From: an uncultured Planctomycetaceae bacterium
Lineage (GTDB): Bacteria; Planctomycetota; Planctomycetia; Planctomycetales; Planctomycetaceae
Assembly: GCA_963976765.1 (NCBI GenBank)
Contig: CAXBME010000020.1
Location: 62,001-126,000, forward strand
Direction: 5' to 3'
DNA: 64,000 nucleotides
Below, one piece after another: positions 9,088 to 17,417 of this stretch. The translations under genes were made by a program, and so were the position numbers. Numbering within the stretch: position 1 is the first letter of the stretch; every line of letters begins with the position of its first letter. Under the pieces are notes generated by a model. That model had not been told where the DNA came from and made no database searches. It saw only the letters and a list, made by a program, of their open reading frames with translations.

Positions 9088-9173
9088 CGTTGAAAAAGGG
9101 GCTCGTTCCATCGAGTATCGACCACGCGTGATGCGTGGCTCGGTCTGGTATGGGGCCAACCCCTTCTTCAACG
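9088..9173. repeat. Long imperfect hairpin / MITE-like element in the rnc leader
   Basis: CGTTGAAAAAGGGG (9088-9101) pairs with CCCCTTCTTCAACG (9160-9173) at 13/14; inner stem CCACGC/GCGTGG. Confidence 0.6.
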
Positions 9174-9226
9174 GGAAAACAGGTGGACGCGATGCGTCTG
9201 CTCTACATTTCCGTTGTGGAGGTTTG

Positions 9227-10003
9227 ATGTCGTTTGAGACTGAAACGCCAGATCAATCAGGCCGTGCGGCGAACGATTCAGCGGATGGAGCGTCGTTGCT
9301 GCCCGGTGTTCATATTCCGGATGACTTGCTGGCTGAGTGTGAAGAGGCGGTTGGGTACACGTTCTCCAATCGAAATATCCTGAAGCATTCATTGACGCAT
9401 TCGTCAATTGCTCCGACACGAGGGCAGTCGAACGAGCGGCTTGAGTTTCTCGGCGATGCGATCATGGGCGCTGCAGTTTGCGAGCATCTCTTCGAATCGT
9501 ATCCCGACTACTCCGAAGGCGAGCTGACGCGAATCAAGTCAGCCGTAGTCAGTCGTCAGACCTGTGCAAAGATGAGCACCCGGCTGAAGCTCGACCGCTT
9601 TCTGCTGCTTGGCAAAGGCCTGGCGATTCACGATCGCATTCCGAGTTCCGTCCTGGCGGCCGTTTTCGAAGCCATCATCGCCGCGATCTATCTTGATGGC
9701 GGCTGGCTGGCGGCGAAGAAGTTTGTTCTGGATGCGCTGCGCGACGAGGTTACTCGGGTCGGGAAATCAACTCACGGGCAAAACTACAAGAGCCAGCTTC
9801 AGCAGATTGCCCAGAAGAATTTCGGCGAAACTCCGGCTTATAAAATGCTCGACGAAAAAGGCCCCGATCACGCCAAGTGTTTTCAGATTGCTGCCGCCAT
9901 TGGTTCGCAAATGTTTCCGGCAGCCTGGGGACCGAGCAAGAAAGAAGCAGAACAGAACGCGGCTCAGAACGCTCTCGAATCAATCGACGAAGTTGTTGAC
10001 TGA
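9227..10003 (+). CDS. rnc: Ribonuclease III
   Basis: NERLEFLGD signature, FEAIIAAIYLDGG, C-terminal dsRBD (NYKSQLQ...GPDH...SKKEAEQNAA). ATG 9227 has GGAGG upstream. Confidence 0.97.
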   Translation: MSFETETPDQSGRAANDSADGASLLPGVHIPDDLLAECEEAVGYTFSNRNILKHSLTHSSIAPTRGQSNERLEFLGDAIMGAAVCEHLFESYPDYSEGELTRIKSAVVSRQTCAKMSTRLKLDRFLLLGKGLAIHDRIPSSVLAAVFEAIIAAIYLDGGWLAAKKFVLDALRDEVTRVGKSTHGQNYKSQLQQIAQKNFGETPAYKMLDEKGPDHAKCFQIAAAIGSQMFPAAWGPSKKEAEQNAAQNALESIDEVVD

Positions 10004-10097
10004 GACCTGCTGACTGGAAAACGGGTCATCAGGTCGGCAATCAGTTCAACGTATTGGGAAATTTGATGGCGCGGCCTGCTTGAAACAGAGTTCTCGT

Positions 10098-10787
10098 ATG
10101 AAAAGTTTCCTCAATCAGCTTCGCCTGATACCGCATCGCCCGATGGTGGCAGTGATGGTGGCTTGCGGTGTCATTTTTCTGGTTCAGGACATTTTCAGTA
10201 TTCGGTTGTCGACAGACTTCGGTGCGGTGCCGCTTGAGTTTCGAAATGGGCTGTCTTCGTTCTCAACGAACGGTCTTGTTGCGGAACTGTTCTCAGCAGT
10301 GGCTCGACTCTTCACCCCCATCTTTCTGCACGGTGGTCCTGGCCACATTGTCGGCAATATGGTTTTTCTTTGGACTTTTGGATCGCTGGTTTCGCGACTG
10401 CTGGGCAACTGGTGGGCGTTGGCTCTGTGTCTCTTTTGCGGAGCCGCTGGAAACCTGACTCAGATCTATATGTCGCCGAATTCGATGATCCCGATTATTG
10501 GAGCATCCGGCAGTGTTGCCGGTCTGGAAGGTGTTTACTTTGGACTGGCGCTAAGGTGGATTTTACCGTGGCCGGATGTCTTTCCGCTGGCTCACCCGAT
10601 TCCGCCAGCTCAACTGGTGCTTTTCGCTTTAGTCGGAATCGGCTTCGACATTTACTCAATCGCCACAGAAACCGCAGCAGGCGTCGCGTACGGTGCACAC
10701 ATTGGCGGGTTTGCTTCCGGTCTGTTGTTCGCTCTGCTTTTGACCAGCGTGTATGGTTCTGCAGAATCGTGGAACCGAAAATCGTAG
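10098..10787 (+). CDS. Rhomboid family intramembrane serine protease
   Basis: FLHGG..HIVGNM, catalytic GASG and AHIGG motifs, about 6 TM helices. Confidence 0.92.
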   Translation: MKSFLNQLRLIPHRPMVAVMVACGVIFLVQDIFSIRLSTDFGAVPLEFRNGLSSFSTNGLVAELFSAVARLFTPIFLHGGPGHIVGNMVFLWTFGSLVSRLLGNWWALALCLFCGAAGNLTQIYMSPNSMIPIIGASGSVAGLEGVYFGLALRWILPWPDVFPLAHPIPPAQLVLFALVGIGFDIYSIATETAAGVAYGAHIGGFASGLLFALLLTSVYGSAESWNRKS

Positions 10788-10824
10788 CCCGCCGTTCTCT
10801 CAATCAATCTTCAAGAAGGCAGTC

Positions 10825-11613
10825 ATGAACGTATCACGAGTTCTGTTGTTGGCTTTTTCGGTGATGTTCGCCTCGACAATTTCGATGGCCGAAGACGCAA
10901 AGTCCGAAGAGTGGATTCAGCTGTTCAACGGAAAGAATCTCGATGGCTGGATCCCGAAAATCAGACATCACAAGGCTGGCGAGAACTTCGGTAACACGTT
11001 CCGAGTCGAAGATGGGGTGATGAAAGTTGGCTACGAAGCCTACGACGAGTTCGGCGAACGCTTTGGGCACCTCTTCTACAAAGAGTCGTTTTCGCATTAC
11101 CGCCTTCGAGTCGAGTATCGCTTTGTCGGCGAGCAGGCCAAAGGCGGCCCCGGCTGGGCGTTTCGAAACAGCGGCCTGATGCTGCACGGTCAGAAGCCCG
11201 AAACGATGGCTCTCGATCAGGACTTTCCAGCGTCGATCGAAGTTCAACTTCTCGGGGGAAACGGCAAGGACGATCGAACGACCGGAAACCTCTGCACGCC
11301 GTACACGCACGTCGTGATGGATGGCAAACTCGTCAAACGCCACTGCACCAAGGCAAATTCGAAAACCTATCACGGAGATCAGTGGGTGACCTGCGAAGTC
11401 GAAGTGCGAGGCAACGAAGTCATGCGTTGCTCATACGAAGGAAAGGTCGTTCTGGAATACAACAAGCCTCAGCTCGACGACAAAGATGATGTCGGGAAAA
11501 AGCTGATCGAAGCCAACGGCGGGGAAATGCTCAGCGGTGGCACGATCTCGTTGCAGTCAGAAAGTCACCCGTGCGAGTTCCGCAAAGTCGAGCTGCTTGT
11601 GTTGAAGAAGTGA
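10825..11613 (+). CDS. DUF1080 (3-keto-disaccharide hydrolase-like) exported protein
   Basis: Signal peptide MNVSRVLLLAFSVMFASTISMA; WIQLFNGKNLDGW, RNSG, SIEVQL, GTISLQSESHPCEFRKV. Confidence 0.92.
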   Translation: MNVSRVLLLAFSVMFASTISMAEDAKSEEWIQLFNGKNLDGWIPKIRHHKAGENFGNTFRVEDGVMKVGYEAYDEFGERFGHLFYKESFSHYRLRVEYRFVGEQAKGGPGWAFRNSGLMLHGQKPETMALDQDFPASIEVQLLGGNGKDDRTTGNLCTPYTHVVMDGKLVKRHCTKANSKTYHGDQWVTCEVEVRGNEVMRCSYEGKVVLEYNKPQLDDKDDVGKKLIEANGGEMLSGGTISLQSESHPCEFRKVELLVLKK

Positions 11614-11673
11614 CGGAACTCGAGGGCGATTCGCGGAAACCAGAACGAGGTATTTTGAGCAAGGGATGTCGCG

Positions 11674-11904
11674 ATGACTAACGAACGGCGATCAGAAGCA
11701 AGGCCAGCCAAGCTATTTGGAGACGTGTGCTGTGCCGTGGCGACTGCGGTGTTTCTGTTTACATTTTGGCGCAATTCGGGAGACGAGCACGTTTCTCTGA
11801 TTGCGTTTTCGACCGTTGTTCTGATCGTTTTTTGGGTTACCTATTTTTTCTCTCGGCATCGCCCAGTTAAGTCAGCAACGGATCAAGGGGACAATTCATT
11901 TTAA
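11674..11904 (+). CDS. Small two-helix membrane protein, hypothetical
   Basis: 76-aa ORF with two hydrophobic segments and AAGGGA upstream; fills the gap after DUF1080. Confidence 0.5.
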   Translation: MTNERRSEARPAKLFGDVCCAVATAVFLFTFWRNSGDEHVSLIAFSTVVLIVFWVTYFFSRHRPVKSATDQGDNSF

Positions 11905-11928
11905 CCTCTTGAGCATCGTGAAAAAATC

Positions 11929-12013
11929 GAACGCAGAGGCCGCTGAGGAAAGACGCAGAGGGTTGGAGGGAGTTCTCTGTTTCCTCTGCGAGTCCTCAGC
12001 GAACTCTGCGTTC
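11929..12013. repeat. CGCAGAG-family palindromic intergenic element, copy A
   Basis: GAACGCAGAG..CGCTGAGGA....CGCAGAGG pairs with CCTCTGCG..TCCTCAGCG..CTCTGCGTTC. Confidence 0.8.
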
Positions 12014-12043
12014 TTTAATTTCTACGGTGCAGTCGACTCTGAA

Positions 12044-13195
12044 TTATGTGATGTGAGCGCCTTTGGTTTCGGTGTAAACCGCGTAGAGCGACTGGCTGCC
12101 AGTCATGAAGAGGCGGTTTCTCTTGGTGCCGCCGAAGCAGACGTTTGAGCAGATTTCGGGCAGGCGAATCTGACCGATTCGTGCTCCGTCTTCGGCGGCG
12201 AAGATGTGGCAGCCGTCGTAGCCTTCTCCGACCCAGCCAGCGCTGGACCAGATATTGCCGTCTTCGTCCGCTCGGATTCCGTCGGCCTGGCCGGCGACGA
12301 CTTCGCCGTTCAACTCAAGCTCCATCGAGGCGAATTGCCGCCCGTTCTTCAGTGTTTTTTCTTCAACGATGTCCCACACTCGGATGTTCTTCGTCGCTTC
12401 CTTGTAATGAGACGATCCCGTGTCAGCGGCGTAAAGCTTCTTATAGTCCGGTGAGAAGCACAGCCCGTTTGGCTTGAAGATGTCGTCCGCGACTTTATGA
12501 ACCTTGCCGGTTTTTGCGTCGATTCGGTAAATGGCTTCCTTGATGTAAGGGCGAGGCCAGTCGGCATCTTTGGGTGCCCGGTGCCCTTCGTAGTTCATCA
12601 GGCTGCCGTATCCAGGATCGGTGAACCAGACGTCGCCGTTCGGATGGACGGCTCCATCGTTCGGGGCGTTCAGTCGCTTGCCTTCGAAACTGTCGGCGAG
12701 CACGGTGATGGTGCCGTCGTATTCGTAGCGGGCGACTCGACGAGTGCCATGCTCGAACGAAATCTGTCGCCCCTGGAAGTCGAATGTGTTGCCGTTACTG
12801 TTGTTCGATGGGTGCCGAAACTTGCTGACATGCCCGTCTTCTTCGAGCCAGCGATACTGCACGTTGTTCGGGATGTCGCTCCAGATAAGGTACTTGCCCG
12901 AGCCGTTCCAGGCAGGTCCTTCGGCCCACAGCATGTCCTTGCTGTGGAAGAGTCGCTGGATCGGCGTATTGCCGAGTGCGTACTTCTTAAAGCGATCGTC
13001 GAGAACAACGATGTCCGGATCAGGATAGCCGGCAGGCTGAGCATTCGGGCCATAGTCCCGCGCAGAGGCTGATCCTGTCAGCGATGCCGCAGCGCCGGCT
13101 GCGATTCCGGCTGCGGTGGTGAGGAATGATCGGCGACCGACCGCGTTGTCTCCAGACTGATCGACGTTGTGATTCCGGGTTGGCTGATCCTGCAT
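12044..13195 (-). CDS. SMP-30/gluconolactonase family protein, Tat-exported
   Basis: GRRSFL twin-arginine signal; WAEGPAW, SNGNTFD, LNAPND, FTDPGYG, PNGLCFSPD, ADGIRAD. Confidence 0.93.
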   Translation of the reverse strand: MQDQPTRNHNVDQSGDNAVGRRSFLTTAAGIAAGAAASLTGSASARDYGPNAQPAGYPDPDIVVLDDRFKKYALGNTPIQRLFHSKDMLWAEGPAWNGSGKYLIWSDIPNNVQYRWLEEDGHVSKFRHPSNNSNGNTFDFQGRQISFEHGTRRVARYEYDGTITVLADSFEGKRLNAPNDGAVHPNGDVWFTDPGYGSLMNYEGHRAPKDADWPRPYIKEAIYRIDAKTGKVHKVADDIFKPNGLCFSPDYKKLYAADTGSSHYKEATKNIRVWDIVEEKTLKNGRQFASMELELNGEVVAGQADGIRADEDGNIWSSAGWVGEGYDGCHIFAAEDGARIGQIRLPEICSNVCFGGTKRNRLFMTGSQSLYAVYTETKGAHIT

Positions 13196-13383
13196 GACGA
13201 TTGCTCCTGTGGTTATTCTCAGGGAAGTTGACGTTTAGGATGATCGGGAAGCGGTGAGCGTAGTGAACGCAGATCGTTGATCGCAACGCACGTGTTCCAG
13301 AATCTGGAGCAAATCGTTAGCTTCCCGATTCGTACGGATCCAAACGAAACAGGGCCAGGAATTCAGCCCGAGGAGCTATTCGA

Positions 13384-13731
13384 GTGAGCAACCCAGACGG
13401 ACCGCAGCAGGACTTGAGTCTCGCGCAGATGCAGATATTGATTCGGGAAATGTATGGTGACAAAGACGAAGCTCGTGGAATTCCCGGCACGTTCATGTGG
13501 CTGATGGAAGAAGTCGGCGAGCTGTCGTCCGCTCTTCGTGAGAACGAAGCTGCCGGCGGACCGGCGACGGAAGCGCTGGCTTTCGAATTCGCGGACGTGC
13601 TGGCCTGGCTGGCGACTATCGCCAACGTGGCGGGAGTCGATCTTCAGGCTGCGTTTCTGAAGAAGTACGGCGGCGGCTGCCCCGGTTGTGGGAAGATCGT
13701 CTGCACCTGCGACAACAGCGAGAAACCGTAG
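13384..13731 (+). CDS. MazG-like nucleotide pyrophosphohydrolase with C-terminal Cys cluster
   Basis: WLMEEVGELS...EFADVLAWLATIAN; ends CPGCGKIVCTC; GTG start with GAGGAG upstream. Confidence 0.88.
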   Translation: MSNPDGPQQDLSLAQMQILIREMYGDKDEARGIPGTFMWLMEEVGELSSALRENEAAGGPATEALAFEFADVLAWLATIANVAGVDLQAAFLKKYGGGCPGCGKIVCTCDNSEKP

Positions 13732-13750
13732 ACTGGCTGCTTGAAATGTT

Positions 13751-13845
13751 AAATCGCAGAGGACGGAGAGGCGAAGATGCAGAGGTCGTGGAGAACCGTT
13801 TGGCTCGCCTGTTCCACTGCGAGGACTCTGCGCTCTCTGCGATTT
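13751..13845. repeat. CGCAGAG-family palindromic intergenic element, copy B
   Basis: AAATCGCAGAG (13751-13761) pairs with CTCTGCGATTT (13835-13845); internal CGGAGAG, TGCAGAGG and CTCTGCG units; between convergent genes. Confidence 0.75.
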
Positions 13846-13876
13846 GTTCTTTCAGAAGTAGCAGATTGAAGACACG

Positions 13877-15022
13877 CTAGCGCCACCCGAAGCGGTAGAA
13901 GCACGACCGGGCGATGCCGATCCACACTCCGACGAGCACGAACATCGTCCCCAGACCGGGAGCATGAAGCACGCTGACTGGTCGCTTCATCGTCGAGAAC
14001 AGAAGCGGAAACGTGTAATTCTCGAACGCGAGTTGTTTGATGAAGTAAAACGCCGTGAACTTCGTCGACAGATAAAACAGCACGGTTCCGCCGAGCATGT
14101 AGCACAGGGCGAGCAGCGCTGCCGACGCCTGCGTTTTTGCCAGCGTCGCGATGCACGTTCCGACGCACATCAGTCCGATGCTCGACAGCAGAATCACCAG
14201 CCAGAGCACCGGTTGAGTCAACGCGATCGGCTTCAGAATGGCTACGATGGTGATACTGCCGCCCAACGAAATCAGCAGATGGAACAGAAATTTCGCCAGC
14301 AGGATTTCGGACGTATTTGCCGGGCTGAGCACTAATGCAGAAAGCGTTCCTCGTTCTCGGTCCTGAGCCGTGAATGAAACCAGCAGGTGGCAGCACGCAA
14401 AGAACATCACGATGAGCAGCAACATCGTCGCGATCAGTTCGTTGGTGACGAGGTCGGCAACTGACGTGTCTTCGAGCGAGGCCGGAGTGGCGGCGGCCTG
14501 AGAGCCCAGCGGCGAGGATGACTGTTCGAAACGCAGTCCGTCGGTGTGGTATTCGGTGAGGGCTGGCCAGAACCAGTTCCAGAATGGGGCGAGTACCTTT
14601 GCATCCCTGCCGGGGTATCTACCATTAAGGACGACCTTGCCGAATGCCGTGCCCTGACTTGTCCTGAATTCATCGCCGTAGACTATTTCCACGGCGGCAT
14701 CCTGAGGCGGCAGTTTCCATGTCCCGTTTTCGATGGGGACGCGGTCACGATGAACGATTCGGATTGTTGGTGAGTCCGGCAGGTTTTCGGAGAGATGGAC
14801 GAGCCATTGAGATTGCTGATCGTAAATCAGCCATACGTTGACAGCGGATTGCGTCGCGCTGTTCGGGTCGGACTGGGCTCCTTCGTTTGAAACCGGACGG
14901 CTGGTTGCCATCAACAAGGCAACCGCCGAAAGCAGGCCAATCAGCATGAGCGCCGAAGGGTTTTTCCGCAGTCGTCGAAACTCGCGGCCCAGCAGGATTC
15001 GGATCATAGCAGAGCGGATCAT
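13877..15022 (-). CDS. ABC-2 type exporter permease
   Basis: REFRRLRKN N-terminus, extracytoplasmic loop, QDRERGTLSALVLSP...ILLAK motif, 6 TM. Start moved to ATG 15022, overlapping the ATPase stop (ATGA). Confidence 0.9.
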   Translation of the reverse strand: MIRSAMIRILLGREFRRLRKNPSALMLIGLLSAVALLMATSRPVSNEGAQSDPNSATQSAVNVWLIYDQQSQWLVHLSENLPDSPTIRIVHRDRVPIENGTWKLPPQDAAVEIVYGDEFRTSQGTAFGKVVLNGRYPGRDAKVLAPFWNWFWPALTEYHTDGLRFEQSSSPLGSQAAATPASLEDTSVADLVTNELIATMLLLIVMFFACCHLLVSFTAQDRERGTLSALVLSPANTSEILLAKFLFHLLISLGGSITIVAILKPIALTQPVLWLVILLSSIGLMCVGTCIATLAKTQASAALLALCYMLGGTVLFYLSTKFTAFYFIKQLAFENYTFPLLFSTMKRPVSVLHAPGLGTMFVLVGVWIGIARSCFYRFGWR

Positions 15023-15879
15023 GTGTAGGCCTGCCCCGTGATCTCGAGAAAGACGTCCTGAAAATCGAACTCCTGCGAGTGAACCCGGACGCATTTTTCT
15101 GTTCGAATAATTTCGGCCAGTTGTTCCCGCTGCTCGTCGACATCCAGATCGAGCGATTCGCGAATGACGTTGCCTTCCCGTTCGAATTGAGCTTTCACAA
15201 TTCGTACGGCGTGACGCGTCACGAAATTGGTCGGTGTGTCGCAGTCGACGAGTTCGCCTCGACAAAGAATCGCCACGCGGTCGCAGATTTGCTCAACCTC
15301 TTCCATGTTGTGAGTCGTCAGGAAAATCGTCGTGCCCTGAGACGCCAGGTCGCGAAGCAGCTCACGAACAACTTCGGTTGAGTGCGCGTCGAGGTTCGCG
15401 GTTGGCTCGTCGAAATAAAGGATCTTCGGACGGTGCATGATCTCGCGGGCAATCAGCAGTTTGCGACGCATTCCTTTGGAATAGGCACTGACGACGACAT
15501 CGGCTGCTTCGGACAACTCCAGTCGAGCCAGCGATTCGTCAACGGTCGAAAGTGGCATGTCGTAAAGTCGGGCAAAGAGTTCAAGGTTCTCTCGACCAGT
15601 GAATTCTTCAATATGATTCTCCGTGTCGGGCACGTAGCCAAACTGCTGTTTCACACGTTCGAATTCGCTGGGAATCGGAAATCCAGCGACTCGAATACTT
15701 CCCGATGTTGGTCGCAGACTGCCGATCAGAACTTTGATCGTCGTTGTCTTGCCGGCGCCGTTGGGGCCGAGGAAGCCAAAGAGTTCTCCCTCGTTGACGG
15801 TCAGTGAGAGTTTGTTGACTGCCGTGAAGCGACCAAACCGCACGACCAGATTGTCGATTTCGATGGCTGGGGCTGACAT
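15019..15879 (-). CDS. ABC transporter ATP-binding protein
   Basis: Walker A GPNGAGKTT, signature YSKGM, Walker B LYFDEPT, LTTH; start moved to ATG 15879. Confidence 0.95.
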   Translation of the reverse strand: MSAPAIEIDNLVVRFGRFTAVNKLSLTVNEGELFGFLGPNGAGKTTTIKVLIGSLRPTSGSIRVAGFPIPSEFERVKQQFGYVPDTENHIEEFTGRENLELFARLYDMPLSTVDESLARLELSEAADVVVSAYSKGMRRKLLIAREIMHRPKILYFDEPTANLDAHSTEVVRELLRDLASQGTTIFLTTHNMEEVEQICDRVAILCRGELVDCDTPTNFVTRHAVRIVKAQFEREGNVIRESLDLDVDEQREQLAEIIRTEKCVRVHSQEFDFQDVFLEITGQAYT

Positions 15880-16040
15880 CTGGATGTTCGGCGTGGAAGA
15901 TCGCCGCTTTCTTCGCGAGAGTGAGCTGCCTGCTGATCCGAATTCGGGCGGCTGGAACAATCCTGAAAATCGGCCTGACCGGAACATCACGAAACGGCAG
16001 TTCGGCCAACCGTCTGAACTATAGATCGAGTTTGCTACCC

Positions 16041-17393
16041 ATGCGGAATCAACTGCGTCTTCTGCGAGACGTGTCGACATTCATCCTGATGGCCGGCACC
16101 TGGCGACTCTGGTTCGCAGCATCTGATTTTCCGGCGATCCCGTTTTTCGAGTTTCTGACAGCCGTCCCGAGGATAGTTGATCGAGTTCTGAGCAGCGTCC
16201 TTATCGCCGCTTTGCTCGTCGACACTTTTCTGACGACAATTCGGTGCGTTCGTGGCTGCACGTCAGTAAGGAGCGTTCGCATTGGTCAGCTTTGCGATCT
16301 ACTGTTCATCACGATGGCCGTCGGTCTCGCTTTGTTGAATCAGCATTGCCTGCAACCGTGGATGTACCACTTCCTGCTTCTCACTCCGTTGCTGTGGCTC
16401 TCACGTCCGAATTCGAGACTCATCGTTAAAAACGCCGACGTCGCTGCGACGGTCGAAAGCGGGATGCGCGAGGCGTTCTCGCGAAACGCAATTCTGTGGC
16501 TCACTTCATCGATCTATTTCTGGTCTGCCTGTTCGAAACTCGATGCGAGCTTTCTGCAGTCGCACGGCCCGAAATTTGTCGAAGTGATCTGCGATGCGGT
16601 TGGAATTTCGACACGATTCTGGACAGAGCTAACCTGGCAGATTGCTGCCGCGACCTTGCCAGTCGGCGAATTGCTCGTCGGAGTCTTACTCTTATTTCGC
16701 CGTACACAGTCGTTCGGGCTACTGGCAAGTCTTCTGATGCATGCGCTGCTGATCGTGGCTGTCGGCCCTTGGGGCTTGAACCACCGAGCGGGCGTTCTTC
16801 TCTGGAATGGATTTTTTGTTGTTCAGAACATCATCCTGTTTCGAGCCGCTCGCGACGTGGCTACGGCGGGGGCCACTACTGACTTGCCCGGCAGTGCTTT
16901 TCAAACAGTTCTCACTGCTGGTCGAGCCAGTAGTGGCCCTTGGTACCGCCTGTCTGTTGCTTTTCTTGTCGGAGCCATCCTTTTTCCGGTAACTCACTCA
17001 ATCGGCTGCGGCGACACCTGGCCAGCATGGGCGGTCTATGCGTCTTCGCCGGCGCGTGTGCTCGTGCAGGTTCAAGACGATTCCGTCGAGCAACTTCCCG
17101 AATCACTGATGCCTTACATCGAGCCTCGACCGTTCAACGATGGCTGGTCCTGGCTGAGGATCGACCTCTGGTCTCTCGCTGCAACGGGTACACCGATTTA
17201 CCCGGAAGATCGTTTTCAGCTTGGTGTTGCCAGATTCGTCGCTGAAGCGGCTGAGTCAGGCAACGGAATTCGGATCATTCACGAAGAGGAAGCAGACCGC
17301 TGGACAGGTAAGCGGGAACGAAAAGAATTCCAAGGGCACGCCGAGATGAGCAGGCTGGCCGCGAAGTTTCATCTCAACACCACACCACACTGA
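16041..17393 (+). CDS. Polytopic membrane protein (HTTM/MauE-DoxX-like)
   Basis: Several TM helices with LQPWMY, SIYFWSACSKL, GELLVGVLLLF, MH, LWN, WPAWAVY motifs and a soluble C-terminal domain; family tentative. Confidence 0.65.
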   Translation: MRNQLRLLRDVSTFILMAGTWRLWFAASDFPAIPFFEFLTAVPRIVDRVLSSVLIAALLVDTFLTTIRCVRGCTSVRSVRIGQLCDLLFITMAVGLALLNQHCLQPWMYHFLLLTPLLWLSRPNSRLIVKNADVAATVESGMREAFSRNAILWLTSSIYFWSACSKLDASFLQSHGPKFVEVICDAVGISTRFWTELTWQIAAATLPVGELLVGVLLLFRRTQSFGLLASLLMHALLIVAVGPWGLNHRAGVLLWNGFFVVQNIILFRAARDVATAGATTDLPGSAFQTVLTAGRASSGPWYRLSVAFLVGAILFPVTHSIGCGDTWPAWAVYASSPARVLVQVQDDSVEQLPESLMPYIEPRPFNDGWSWLRIDLWSLAATGTPIYPEDRFQLGVARFVAEAAESGNGIRIIHEEEADRWTGKRERKEFQGHAEMSRLAAKFHLNTTPH

Positions 17394-17417
17394 TTGAGAA
17401 AACTTCGGTCTGATTTG

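Noticed and set aside
11909..12148. Small ORFs over the palindromic elements (11909-12148, 13686-13880, 45736-46137)
   Set aside because: Translations of repeat DNA, overlapping real genes.
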